A stretch of 64,000 nucleotides of DNA from Octopus vulgaris (GCA_951406725.2 OX597817.1:21824001-21888000); one strand, 5' to 3'; shown: positions 42,002 to 55,798, counted from the stretch's first letter. Numbers and translations: made by a program. Notes: generated from the letters alone by a model not told the origin.

Positions 42002-42177
42002 ATAACTTTCTCTTTATAAATGTCCTGCAAATTCCACACAGCCTTGGATTTGTTATCTCATTTTATCTAACATACATTCTCATACAAGACCTACATTACA
42101 CTCCTCACTCGAATTATTACGAACCAAGTGTTTAACTACGAACCTTCAATAGCACTTACATAGCCTTAGCTTTTATA

Positions 42178-42227
<50 letters not shown>

Positions 42228-42265
42228 GAGAGAGAGAGAAAGAGAGAGAGATAGGTATATATATA

Positions 42266-42319
<54 letters not shown>

Positions 42320-42608
42320 ACTGCATGCACAAGTGTCTATACTTGCGAACCTCATTAGCATATGTGACTCATCTATACGATTCAATAATAATTGAAATGA
42401 ATGTTACTTTCGTGAATATTACTATATTGGTCGAATCAGTATAATTTATAATAACGTCTACAAAATTTACAAGCACAGGTCTACATACATTTGAACACAG
42501 TCACCCATACAGACATATAAGACATAAACTGTCAGCCAAACATAAATATCCACATACATAAAAATACACTGATACGTGTGTGCTTTGATATATTTATACA
42601 TACATACC

Positions 42609-42678
<70 letters not shown>

Positions 42679-43356
42679 ATATATATTGATAATTTTATAT
42701 GTACTTTTGTTATTTGTATTTTAGATTGTGTTTATTTAGCTAACTAGTATATGGTTTCGTCTTACAATTTCTTTGCTTTAAGCTCTTTTCGTAAATTTAG
42801 TCTCTGCAAGAAGTTTTTAATATGTCTTCAAAAGTCTAGAATAGCAACAGACTAAGTATTGACTAACGATTCTGTGGCAATTGAATACAACTCTATACTC
42901 AGAAATTGTCTGGATTGCAATTGTTTGTTGTGAAGAATTATGTTGAAACGCAACTATTCGATGAGAAAGTATATTTTCTAAGCACAGTGAATACAAATTA
43001 CCTACATAGAAAAATTGTTTCATACAGTTACTACTACAGAGCTTTTAACTTTTTATAGAAAGTTTAATAACAAATATATAAATCACAGCGATTAAATCAT
43101 ATTTATTATGAATGATTGTTATCCAAGGCTCAACACAACGCAATACATTATCAACCCTGAACTCGTTGACATTGAACATCTAAAAGTTCACTTTTAGCAC
43201 AAACAATCATTGTTTTCTACTCTGAATATTGTTTTCTAAATGACCTACTCATGTTCTTCAAGATATAGATATTTCTCCCTGCTGGTTTTCTATTTTTCAG
43301 GAAGCAAACATTTATTAATCCACGAATATTAATAAAATAATAAGAATAATGATAAG

Positions 43357-43566
43357 CCTTTCTACTATAGGCACTTGGCTTGAAAATATATGGGCAGGAG
43401 GCTAGTCGATTACCTCGATCCCAGTGCTCAACAGGGACTTAGTTCATTGACACTGAAATGAAGAACAGCAAAGTCGAACTTCACTGAATATGAACTCAGA
43501 GCTTTGAGACGTACTGCAATGCGAAGCATTTTGTCTGGCGGGTAACGGTTCTGTAGCTCACCACTT
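43357..43566 (-). mobile_element. Meta-type SINE, near full length, degraded
   Basis: Minus strand: GGTGAGCTACAGAACCGTTACCCGCCAGACAAAATGCTT...TCTGAGTTCATATTC...TCGACTTTGC...CACTGGGATCGAGGTAATCGACTAGCC. Confidence 0.75.
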
Positions 43567-43619
43567 GAAAAATAACAACAGCAGCAACAACAACAATAAG
43601 AATAATAAGAAGAAAAAGA

Positions 43620-43942
43620 CGTCTTGTCTCTCTAGGACTTCCACACAAGCAAAATGGTAAAATGACGAAGGCCAGATATAGTAACTTTTAGAAGGGACGA
43701 GCAAGAGTGCCAAGTGATCAACACATAATAAAAGAAAGGGAAAATGTCAACAAATATGGAGGCCTGAAATCTGAAACCGCCAAGATGTGGCAGTTGCGTG
43801 AGTCAAAGTTTGTTCCTGTTGCCATCGGAGCAGTGGGTTCAGTAACCACTCAACCCGATTTAATATCTTTACACTTTATAAATGCCCTACAATCATGCTG
43901 AATTCCAAAAATCGGCTTTACATTGAACTGAGCGCACACTAC
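43620..43942 (+). mobile_element. R4/Dong-clade LINE fragment (restriction-like endonuclease)
   Basis: RRPDIV; KERENVNKYGGLKSETAKMWQL..FVPVAIGAVG (ORF 43707..43901); FQKSAL. Confidence 0.8.
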
Positions 43943-43999
43943 ATCAATTACTGTCTGCCTGAGTTCTGTTGTGTGACTTGACAGACACCACAAGCCACC

Positions 44000-44188
44000 G
44001 GTTTGTGTGTGTGTTTGTTCCTCCAACATCGCTTGACAACCGATCTTGGTGTGATTGCATCCTCGTAACTTAGCAGTTTGGCAAAAGAGGATAAGTTCGA
44101 AGAATAAGTCGGGAGGTTGTTGTATTCGAGTAAAGTCGTTGCTTCAGTATGGCCGCAGTCAAATGACTGAAACAAATGAAAGAATAAA
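44000..44188 (+). mobile_element. 3' half of the 14550-type SINE
   Basis: catcgcttgacaaccgat..tggtgtg..cgtaacttagc...tggccgcagtcaaatgactgaaacaa. Confidence 0.75.
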
Positions 44189-44499
44189 TTGTATACGTGA
44201 TTAACCTCTGGTGGATTTTCCATTCAGGGGAAGGAATCACTTCTAGGTTAGAATAAAGAAAATGCATACTTAATGTTTAATTCTTCAGTTTTTACTTTTT
44301 TTCTTACGTAAAACAAAATACTTCAAGATTTTAGTCGTTTGTTAGCCCTGCATAATTCCATTTCATCCGCCTTTGGAATCTTCTGTAAGGCATAACGCGA
44401 GGGGCAAATTCATTAAGCAAATTTTAACATTCTATGAAGTCAGACTGAGTCAGGCGAGGAAATAGTTCATAGTCTCTCTTCCCACCTTCTCTATAAATA

Positions 44500-47025
44500 C
44501 AGAGCTAATTAGCGTAGTTTTTTCATTTGAAATTTTCGCTAAATATGGAAACCGGTAGGGGACCAATTAATTTCTGCTGAATTTAAGTCCGCTAACAAAT
44601 TTCATACGTTTGTTCCTGTCTGTTATGGCAAGTCTTGAAACACCCGTCAGGCACGTTGTTGTCTGACTACGAGTACATGTGACATGACGTGACTGGTCGA
44701 TGCACCAGCAGCTAGCTAAGCAGCATTATGTGATTCTGCAGTTTTGAGTTCTGTTTACTAACGACGTTGACTTAACTTACCACATAGAGTCTCCAGTGTC
44801 AGCAACGGTTGTGTACGTTATCGGCTTATGAGGTTATCGCTTATCGTAATGAGGATGAAGATACTTTTGTTTGGCCTGCGTATGGAGCCAGGAGTCTCAG
44901 GACCTGTGGCACCACCTGGAGGATGACTTTGTCCTTAAATCAAGGGTTACAAGGAAAGCCAAAATCCTGTAATTCCTGTACGGTATGTGCCAGCCCAAGT
45001 AGAACAACATTAAAGGAAAAGCGGCGAGCCTCTATTATTTGTGTTCGCATGTAAAGAGGAAAGACCCAGTGTATGCTATCTAGTTTGAGGAGAGGATCAT
45101 GGCCGGCTCTTCCCATGGGAACCATAGGCAATCTTCTGGTAGCAGTGCCAGTAGCCACTCGTTGCAGCCATGTGCAAAGAAAGCACGCCAGCCCAGCATC
45201 GGCGAGGCGTTTGTCGAAATTACTGGCACTGGCATCCGTTAGTTTATGGTGGACTAAAGGATTCTAGATCCGTTTGTCGACAACATACTACCGCTGCATG
45301 TAGTGGAGCCCCCCTCCAACCGTTGTCAGCCTGATCAAGAAACTGAAGCCAAGCAAGACGTGGATGTCATGCTGCACCCTGGGCAGGATGATCTTGGCCA
45401 GCTATAAACAGCCGGAGGTGTATCTGACAATGTATTTATAGATTAACATTATACACGTTTATTAAATTATCATTATGGCGTACTTCATATTTTCTTAAAT
45501 TAATTTAATTATTTAATTATTTATTATATACTTATTTTATAAAATGTAAAATAGCTAATTGAAATAAATGTCATAATATATTCTACTCATGAATAAGTGT
45601 GCTCAGGCAATGAAATAACGAATACACGAACCTGAAGTTCTGAACTTATCAAATTACGACCATCATTCCATACCCCATCTCGGTTATTCCACCCCACCGC
45701 ACACAACGCGTAAACTATCAGGCTAGTGACACCCTTATCAAAAATTTTAAAACAAGGCTTTAAATTATTTCCATGAATTTAGAATAACCTACCAACAAAT
45801 GTTAAAATGTGTAATTTCTATAAACGAAATATGGTATAAGATATTGCGATCAAATATTTTGACTCCGTCCTGCCCGTGAAAATTTGTACAAATCACATGC
45901 TCACAAAAACCATTGCAACTTACGGGGAGATGCGGATGAGAGGCTAGTTTTCTTTCTCTTTTTTTTTGTAGGCCTTGATCATACTCTGCGTCAGTTTATA
46001 TACATGTGTTTCTGTGGGTGTATAATTGCAAGTTTTTAACTTTACAACTTATGTCTCTTTACAATTGAACATTTTTAAATAACAGATTGCTCAAGGATGT
46101 CCCCTGTGTGGCGACCACCACGGACTGCTGGTCGATCCACAATAGGTCCTACCTTGGGATGACGGAACACTGGCTGGACTCCAAGACTCGCACGAGACAA
46201 TGCACCGTCCTGGGATGCTCTCGGGTCATTGGATATCACACTTTTGATGTTCTCGCCAAGGTTATGGTGGATACTCATTACAAATTCCATCTGCAAGAGA
46301 AGGAGACCAGGACCACGACAGACAAGTGCAAAAACATTGTCAAGGCATTTATGCAATTTAGTTCAGAAGCTTAAATTTTGTCGGACATTTCTGAGATTGC
46401 TCGAGGCTGGGGATGAGGACGAAGTTAATTATATGTCTGTTGAGCCACATTTCACTGAAGGTACAGAACTCTGTGAAGACCTGGCTGGAGGCCGTCTCGA
46501 AGGAGATCCTGATTGAAGTCGCCTTTGTGAGTGAGCAGGTCTTCAACGACATGTTCTCCAGGTACAACACCGCCATCCCATCCCGTGCTGCAGTTGATCA
46601 CCTATTTCCTACAGGCAAAGATATTTTGAAGACCAAGAGAGCCACCTTCTAAGATGGTAACTTTAAGAGGTTGATATTTATGAAAAGCAACCAGCATCCC
46701 GTCGAGGCGATGGAGAAGGCCCAGCCAGAGTAGTACACCTCGATCATCATCTGTTCTTGATAGGCTATACCTTTTTGAAAAGTTGTATGTCTTGCCTCAA
46801 CATGAAAATTTCAGCTTTCGACGTTATGGTTTTAACGATTTTAGAGCCAAAAAAACAAACTGAAGCTAAATACCCATGATAAAATTTATTAGTGGTCAGT
46901 CAGCATTAGCTTCCGCTAATTTATTTCATTTGCATAGCCGTTTAGCGTTTCCGAAGACAAGTTTTTTAGTTAGAGGATTAGCGATTATCAAAAGATATAT
47001 TTTTGGTTAGCTACACCCATCACTG
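44500..47025 (+). mobile_element. Decayed hAT (Ac/Tol2-like) DNA transposon
   Basis: Ends are CAGAG.. (44500) and ..CCCATCACTG (47025), with subterminal CGCTAA/TTAGCG motifs at both ends. The flanks TATAAATA and TACGCATA match at only 5/8 positions as a possible 8-bp TSD. Confidence 0.72.
44890..46733 (+). pseudogene. hAT transposase pseudogene (BED finger, RNase-H-like core start, dimerisation domain)
   Basis: BED-like LWHHLEDDF...MCQPK..IKGKAASLYYLCSHVKRKDP, then FVDNILPLHVVE. Core VATTTDCWSIHNRSYLGMTEHW...HTFDVLAK...TTTDKCKNIVKAF (46087..46374). Dimerisation YNTAIPSRAAVDHLF..GKDIL..KRATF*DGNFKRLIFMK (46413..46652+). Confidence 0.9.
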
Positions 47026-47039
47026 TACGCATACATACA

Positions 47040-47251
47040 CATGTGTGTGTGTGTGTGTGTGTGTTTGTGTGGGTGATTGCGTGTGCCTGCCTGCCTGCGT
47101 ATGTGTGTGTGTGTGTGAGCGTGTCTGTACACGTCAAGAAAAAGTAGGTTGTCAGAACTTTGGATGCTTATTTATCGCTTTCATGTCATTTCAGAGATCC
47201 ATCATGTATGATATTTTTACAGAAAATTCATGTCTTGTATCTATATACGTA

Positions 47252-47283
<32 letters not shown>

Positions 47284-47337
47284 TGTGTGTGTGTGTGTGT
47301 GCGTGTGTGTGTGTGTGTCTGTGTGTGTGTGTGTGAG
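47040..47337. repeat. (TG)n microsatellites
   Basis: Directly visible. Confidence 0.9.
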
Positions 47338-47889
47338 TTAGTGGAAAATATTGTGTCGAAAACGTTTTAAATTATCTAAAACTAAGAATAATTAAGTCAT
47401 TGTTGGATGACTAAATATTAAAGCTAGATGGAATCAAATTTATTACACACTTCCTTTTAAGTCTAAGAATGTATTATGGAGAAAATTAGTGTACGTCGGG
47501 AAGAAAACTGTTCGAACATGAACATTTTATTTTCGCATGGTAGCAATACATCTTTGTTGAATTATTCTGCCCGTATTAAGCGGCATTGGATCGTAGCACA
47601 TATATTTACTCAAAGATATGAATGTTAGAAGTAGTTAGTGTGATTAGTGAGTGAACGAAAACGCGAAAATTAGTTCGCATAAGCAAAGCGTAGATGTAGA
47701 TTTTCTTATGTAATGTAATAAATTAAAAACAAATTTAATTTTCCTCAGCTGATATAAGTATTTTATTTAAGCATATTCATTCAACAACAGTGGAATTTTT
47801 ATGCAGTCATCTTTTTGCTGATATTTAAAGTCAAAATTAACTGACAATAGCAACAGCGTATGACATCAGCTTTGCATATTCTAAATTGT

Positions 47890-49150
47890 TTTGAGACTAA
47901 ATCTGCCGGGAAAAACTAAAGCAAAGAACAGCTGAGACCGGTTAATCTACTTCTTGATCTTATACAATGTAAGGATTTGGCACAGTGGTTAATATGAAAC
48001 TTAGTGACAATGAAAGAGAAGCGAGTGAATCGAAAGGCAGATCTACTGTAGTGGTGGTAGACTGGACAGAGTGGGGATAGAACATATCTACGTTCCACGG
48101 GCAGGGGTGTGTTACGTGCCTTGTCCATCCCATGTAGATAAAAAAGTGAATATACACTGACTAATAAAAAATTTGAGCGCCAGATGAAGCAGGATTAAAT
48201 GTTAAGTTGTCAGTCATTTCTGTGATTTTCTAGAACTTTCATAGTTATGAAATATTGATTTGTCTACCTTGATGCAAAGTCGAAAGTCTAATGAAGTCAG
48301 AAATAACAACCTAATGACAGCAGCCTCCGAAATTTCACCCAGAGAAGGAATATCGACATAGCTGCGGTACCTAGAAGAAAAATAAAGATTACTTTGGTAA
48401 TGTGGTTTGGAATGCACTGTGCATTGGAATATACACGGTGGTTACTGATGGAAAAACTTCCCTCATATGAGTGATAGATGAGAGCCAGCCTTCGCCTAAG
48501 CAACAAACACGACCTTATAAATGTTTGTTTTCCACATGCTGGTTTTGGTGGAAGGAAGTGTGTCCACGGCTCTCATAGCGCTTCAAGACATGTAAGCGTG
48601 ATGTCGTTATAATTTTCTTAGATCTTTGAAGTCAACCCGTGTAGGGAAGAGAAAATTCAGGAACGGAAATCCGGAGAGCTAATGTTATGGGAAGAAAGGA
48701 CTGTGAATAGAGGTCTATGCGGGGCTTTGAGTCTGGATACAACAAGTTCGTTGAAAGAAGAGATAGTAGATAGAGAAAGAAGAGCTGGTAGAAGACGCCT
48801 GAGAGGAGACAACGTGATCCTTGCTATCTTTGGAGATCAGAGGTGATTATACAATAAGTACTAATGTTGTACAGAAGGGACACCGCTCCTTCTGGACACA
48901 GATTGGAGTGAATCCGTGAGTGACTTGGCCCTCTAGTTGTGCTCTGGATTTTATATATGTATATTAATTCTATAATTTATTGACATCATACACATGAGAG
49001 GTTAGGACAACCTGGAGAGGAAATAAAATAAAAAATAACTAAATGATGAAAGCTATTTAGCCATTTCAGTAGTGGAATTCTACGAGCTCTGCAACCTTAC
49101 TGATATTGAGATAAGTGAAAAATTAAGAAATTTTTCGAAGAAGATCGACC
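47890..49150 (-). mobile_element. Decayed CR1-group LINE fragments (two 3'-end-like segments)
   Basis: Minus readings SLTDSLQSVSRR, RIDLYSQSFLP..LQRSKK and SRSAFRFTRFS..SRSRLTGL..FFP resemble CR1/L2 ORF2 C-termini. Confidence 0.5.
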
Positions 49151-50182
49151 TCTCAGTTATCTAAATTATTCTGCTGATCATGATTTATTGTATCGATTGA
49201 GGTAAGACTTCGACTGCCTCTAAGAACACGTCGGCGTATATATATATATATATATACATTTATATATATTATTCAATGGTGTTTGTGTTGGGGATTAAGG
49301 AAACCTCAATAATTGAATAATACGAGATATCTAGATTATTGAGACTGCAATTTTCTATGGATGCATAGTTTCAATTCCACGATGGACACAAACATCATAA
49401 AACCTATTGACGAAGATATCTCTGCGATGGAGATAAATGATAATATCGGGTTATAACAATCGATAGCAATGCGACCTGGTACGAGGTCATCTATAGGTGA
49501 ATTTAATATATAACGTATTACCGGGTTGTTCTCTAAAGATTTCGCCTCGGTAAATTCAATGAATATAAAGGAGGGGTCAAAAGGTCTTAGCAAATGTCTT
49601 TCTGGACAGAGCAAGAGAAGAAGAGAGAGAAAAAAAACGTCAAGATATTCGTCATCTTCAGCTGAATAAAAGACTGAAAAGAGAGTTGAGTTATAGCATG
49701 TTCTACTGGATTTTGATTTTTTCATGTGACTTGTCATTGTATTCGCTGAAATGTCATTGGCCTCATCTGTCAGAACGTTCGCTTTCCGGTAGTAGCTAGC
49801 CTATTATTCAACTCTTTCTCCGCAGCAGCACGTCTGTCCGTGATTTCTCATTCTATTATGATGGTTGTATTTAGTGTCATTATTATTATGTTAGAACGGA
49901 AGAAGTGGTGAATTGGCAGCGTGACAGACAAATGCTTTACGGAATTTAGTTATGTCTCTATGTTCTTGTATCAAATCCCACCAGCGAAAACTTTTACTTT
50001 CTGCTTTCTAAAATGGTGAATAAAATGACAAACAAAAAATAATCATATACTAAGGTTTTTGTTTATTCAAGGTATGGAACCACTTAATTTGAAAATCAAA
50101 GTCTAAAAAGGATCACAAAGCAATATAATTTGCTATAACACATTACATTTTGTGTTCAGCCCTGCTAAGATCGATTTTATGT

Positions 50183-50387
50183 GGAGGCGCTGGTTAGTTG
50201 TTAGGGTGTCAGCATCATGATCGTAAAATTGTGGTTTCGATTCTGGACCGGGCGACACTTTGTGTTCATGAGCATAACACTCCATTTCACGTTGCTATCA
50301 CTCAGCTGGTAAAATAAGCAACGATGCGATGATTGCGTCCCGTCCAGTTGGGGAACATACACGCCATAGAAACCGGGAAACCGGGCC
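50183..50387 (+). mobile_element. SINE (body B + tail Y), truncated duplicate copy
   Basis: Nearly identical to 50540-50752 apart from multiple small deletions. Confidence 0.85.
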
Positions 50388-50539
50388 CAAGGTATGGAAC
50401 CATCAGCTGGGGAACATTAATTTGAAAATCGATTCTACGTCTAAAAGGTAATTGGCCGAATCGTATGATCACAAAGCAATATAATTTGGCTATAACACAT
50501 TACATTTTGTGTTCAGTCCTGCTAAGATCGACTTTGTGT

Positions 50540-50779
50540 GGAGGCGCGCGGCTTAGTTGTTAGGGTGTCAGCATCATGATCGTAAAATTGTGGTTTCGAT
50601 TCCTGGGCCGGGCGACACGTGTTCATGAGCATAACACTCCATTTCACGTTGCTCCAGTCCACTCAGCTGGCAAAAATGAGTAACGCTGCGATGGATTGGC
50701 GTCCCGTCCAGCTGGGGAACACATACGCCATAGAAACCGGGAAACCGGGCCCATGAGCCTAGCTTTAAAAGGGCACATT
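50540..50779 (+). mobile_element. tRNA-derived SINE with CORE-like body (body B + tail Y)
   Basis: Head GGAGGCGCGCGGCTTAGTTGTTAGGG and B box GGTTTCGATTCC. Body TTCACGTTGCTCCAGTCCACTCAGCTGGCAAAAATGAGTA. Tail CTGCGATGGATTGGCGTCCCGTCCAG..GAAACCGGGAAACCGGGCCC. Confidence 0.9.
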
Positions 50780-51437
50780 TATTTTTTTTGAAGATCAACT
50801 TTAATTTTCGTTATTTCTGGAACCGATAAAATAGAACGTCAAGGAAGATAGAGAGTTGATTAACTTGATTCATATATATATTTACAAACTTTCAGTAGTT
50901 ATTATAGAGTGATGATTTATTAACACTTTTATTTCTATCTATGATAATTGCTGAATCTAACTCACCATAAGTGAGGTATTGATTAGAATTGTTTCGATTA
51001 CTTGTTTAGTTTAGACTAGACAGATATTAAACACATACACATATAATCGTACATCACAAATTTACAAGAGGGAACTTTAAAGTGCGGATCCATACAACGA
51101 TAATTTAAATAATCTATAATAGTATAAGGCCATGTTATAAGTATATAACACTTTAAATAAACGTTAACTTCAACATGTCACTGAATAGAAGGCATAAACT
51201 ATTATAAACACTTTCCTATCAATTGTGAGACAATTCACACACATATCTACACGCTTCCGCACGCACTTACACACAAACACACTTTCAAACACAAAACACA
51301 CACACATACACACACACACATGTATATGAACTGACACAACTATAATTTCTACTGCAGGTCATTATTACGATAGTTGCGCTATATTCTACATTAAAATATA
51401 TAAACTCTAAGCTTTTGTGATGTAGCGAATTAGTAAT

Positions 51438-51540
51438 AATATAGCAGTTTTAATAGATTATGTATATAGTTTTAATAGGTTATTTAACAGAATATAGCAG
51501 TTTTAATAGATTATGTCTATAGTTATAATAGATTATATTT
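51438..51540. repeat. 53-bp tandem duplication built from a 16-bp subrepeat
   Basis: aatatagcagttttaatagattatgt at 51438 and 51491; agtt(t/a)taatag(a/g)ttat occurs four times. Confidence 0.85.
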
Positions 51541-52131
51541 CTTAATTGAGATTGTTTATTTTCGGCCTCAAAATACTGCATAATAATTCTCAAGATAAGA
51601 AAATATCAGGTATATAAAAAATATGGTTTTGAGGAAATTCCTTTCTAAATCTGCAAATTCAACATGACTTACAGAGATTTATCGCCGTCACAGAAAACAA
51701 AAATGCAGATTTGATGTTATATGCATATAAATATCGAAGGAAGGTTTTCTGTGTGTGAGTGTGTGTGTGTAGTAAACATGTATCGTGCTTAATTTCTAGC
51801 CCGTGGCTTATAGTTCACTGTAACGCCACACCAGTTTCTTTCTGCATGCTATAATTCAGTTGATATTTGTGTAAAAAAGACAGACGATGTGTGCACATAT
51901 AAAAGATGAAATATAAATTATAGCCATAATCACACGTGCAAAATATGTTCTATACGAATGTATAAAAAATTGGGAAGCGGGAAGATGTCAAACCCACCAG
52001 CTTCTCTTTTCTCTCACTACTATATCCTCACACAAGCAACTACACATTATATTTTTGCAGTCGCATAAACTGTTGACATCCAAATCCCTTCATATAGTTT
52101 TAGAAAAGGAAAGGAATATTTAAGAATGTAG

Positions 52132-52197
<66 letters not shown>

Positions 52198-52499
52198 GAT
52201 GCAACAAACAAGATTAGAAGGCCTTTTATTCGCGCGTGTGTGTATGTATATACGCCCGTATAAATCGGGGAATAATGTAATCATTTGGTTTGTAAACTGA
52301 AAATCAGGTGCATTTGAAAGAAAATATTAATTTCTTCTACTGGAGGTAAGGAAGATGCCCATTGCTTTTACCGTTTCTCCAGGATCGAAGTGCTGTTTCT
52401 TTGTAAAGGTTGCCTTGAATTTTGTTATACTGACTGTCGGCGGCAATTGTAAAAACAAATGATCAAGGCGAAAATTCCTAACAGTCATTTCACTAATGA

Positions 52500-53720
52500 G
52501 TTATAGTGTTTAGTGAGCAGTGCAGGGCCTAATGGGTAGGGAGAACTCTTTGAACTAGGGGTGGATATATGTTAGAGACATGAGTGGCTGACTATTGGTG
52601 GCACGAGACCAGTGCGCTCTGAAAAAAAAAATGACCATTGTATGAGCGTTTCGAAAGATGTATTGAAACTTCATGACAATTAGTTGGATGCCTGCCCCAC
52701 AAGGAGCAGGAATATTTCGTTCTTATTTCTAATGATAATCGTAGTGGTTAGTAGTTGCTGGTGTTATAAAAAAAAGAAGTATGTTTTGCTAAACCGTGGA
52801 TGAGCATTTATGTTTTAAAAAAGAAGTATAGCATTGTTTCCTTGATATGTGTAGTGACTGTGTTTACTGTCAGTAAAAGAGATAAAATTGGCGTAATCAG
52901 TTATGGGACTATTTTTCGATCGACGTCTATGTTTTATCTAAAAAAATGTTTCTGAGGTTATGAAGAAACGAAGAGTAGTATTCATGAGATAAGAGTAAGC
53001 GTTCTAGTAAGCGACTAAGAGACAGTCAGTACTATATAGAAAGAAAAATATGAACACAAAATCAAACATTGAGTTACACTCGGTCAGAGGACATTCTTTC
53101 AGCCTATTTAACGATAGTACTACCTGAGAGGAAGCCAATGGTTCCAGAAAGTAAAGATATTGTAAGCCCATAAATGAACAGAGTTGACAGAAAATTCGCG
53201 CGGCAGTAAAATATGTTGGTCACCCTGAGAGAAACAACATTAATTTCATCAATTTTTTAAAAAGGCTAACATACAGATATAGATTCCCAATGGATTTAGC
53301 TGTGTGGAAGTGGAAATAATGGTCGTTACTGAGGAGAAGAGATTGATGATCTCGAGGAGGCTTTAATTAATATCTGCCGTATCACCTTTTTCATGTCAGA
53401 ATTGAAAACCATATGACATTAATTAAGGTGACAAAACATTCTTTGTGATGAGCCACTGTGATCATGTTTTAGAAATCAAAGTAGCTCTCCTGAAAGAGTG
53501 GGAAAGAAGAGGTAGAAAAATATGGGAGAAGATAGAACGGTTTAGCTCGAAGCTACATTGGCATGTGTGGTGGTGGAGAGGCATGTCTCAGAGTAATTTA
53601 AATGACATTGACAGAGTGTAGTTTGTTGGTTTGGAATTACCTGTAGAATAGACCATATGCACTTAATGACCATGTATGTGTGTGGAATGAGATAGTGGTG
53701 GAGGTGATTTACACCGTGTG
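52500..53720 (-). mobile_element. Decayed CR1-group LINE RT fragment
   Basis: Minus readings LLSNDHYFHFHTAKSIGNL (like LLSDHQYGFR..RSTGDL), LSTLFIYGL, IGFLSGSTIV (like I.SFLS.R.I.V) and GLVPP. Confidence 0.55.
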
Positions 53721-55564
53721 TAGTACGGAATAGATTTCTATGAAAACAGGCAGTTTCAGAACTATGAAATTTGAGACGTGGAAGGATTTATAGCTCTAAT
53801 TTTTCTGCAATAACCCAAATAATTGATGGTAATTTCGAAGGTTGGACAACAGGGTATCTGTTTCAGATTTGTTGTCCACGCTGGCTAACGCAAGATAAAG
53901 TGAACTTGCGATTACTTTGTTTACAATTCCTCAAGCAGTGGCGCTATGATTCACATAATTCGATATTATATATCTATACTTTAAAAATTACGAAAGAAGG
54001 CAGCACTTCGTAAATGTTGGACAGATAATTCATATATAGATCACGTTTTATGGTCTTTCGCGTGATATGAAATACTGGAGAGCATCACAAACACACACAT
54101 ACACACACACACGTATATCTACATCTACATATATACTGTGTATATATATATACATACATATATATATAACTAGAGAAAGAAAGAGAGAGATATATATAAA
54201 TACACAGATAGATATAGATATAGATATAGATGGAGAGAGAGGGAGAGAGATGAATACACAGACGCACACGTGCACGCATATTATCACCAAACACACACAA
54301 ACACATTCTCTAGCTTTCTATATACATACCAATATAAACAAAGTGAGCATCACTGTAAAATCGGTGTGATTTTTCTTTTGAGGGTTATGAGTGCTGAACC
54401 TAACTAAACATTTCTTGACAATCTAACCACATATTTAGAGTACAAAGTTACTGTAACATAACTCTGGGGAATTAACGTACTGGACAACACTAGCACAGTG
54501 AAGGCTTCAGTATGGTAATTGATATTTCATTTATGAAATTATAATTTTCAATAAGGAATATTAATGTACGTGTGGTGAGCATTTGTAGAGATCTCACGTA
54601 GACCTCAGGCGAAGATACAATAATAATTGCATCCAAGAATATGTATTCGAGAGTGTGTACATACTTCTGTGTAATCACAGTATATGGTGTATATACAACA
54701 TCAAATTATAAACCCAGAATGCGTGTGTGCATGTGTATATATCCATTTATCTACCTCGTTCTTTCTCTCTTTCTCTCCCTCTCTATCTTTATATATACAC
54801 ACACATATACATACCACATGTATGTGTGCTGTATATGTTTCAATATATTTATGTGTCGTACGTATCTATATATATTCATATGTATATACATATAATAGAT
54901 ACAGAATAAGATTGAGATAACGAAAGAGATAGGACGGATGCTGGCATGTTAGTTTGTCTCATTAATTCTATAAATAAGCGAGATGTTTTGATTTAATATA
55001 TAAATTTGCATCGCGACATGCGCCTTGCAATTAAACGTTATCTGTACGTTTGGTGTTACGTGCTTCATAGAATGCTTTCAGCATATATAATCAATTTATC
55101 TAAACTTTCTTATTAAGGCTTCCAATAGTTACTCTTCATTAATTATATTTAGCAATGATATTTTAGTGTGAGAGGAGAAGTATTTCCCTGTATCACACTA
55201 TAGCATCATCAACTTAAACATCGTGGATTTCCAATTGCACACAAACATGCACAAAGTTGCATGAATATTCTATATATTCAGTGCGGTGCGATACACGTAT
55301 TTTCAATTGTTTGATATTAGACATGTGAAGATAAGTATTAAGTTTAAATTTCTACTTGATTTTAATGCTAACATAGCGAAATTTTTAAGGTTGGCTCTTA
55401 TCGTGTAGAATACAGCTAGGTGTATTAAATACATATAACATATTAGCACGAATAACTAGGAGCGATGTGTAAGTTTGCTGTTGTTTCCGTTTGATTGTTG
55501 ATATATGATTGCAGGTTACATGATTAAAATATGATTTATATACTTACATATACGCGCCTGTACA

Positions 55565-55798
55565 CATGCACATGCATATGCATATATATATATATATATA
55601 TAAATATATATATAAGCATAGAAATGTACATAGGATATGCAAGGATGTATATATATATACACACACACACATATATATATATACATATATATACATATAT
55701 ATGATGTATATATGTATGTATATATGTATGTATATATGTATATATGTATTTATGTATATATGTATGTATGTATATATGTATATATGTATGTATGAATG

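Larger units (their letters stand above)
41661..42078. mobile_element. ~420-bp imperfect palindrome; probable inverted Penelope-like terminal repeats
   Basis: The arms are reverse complements, e.g. caggacatttataaagagaaag / ctttctctttataaatgtcctg and aaatagagggaaatagtaga / tctactatttccctctattt. Each arm carries a hammerhead-like motif. Confidence 0.75.
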
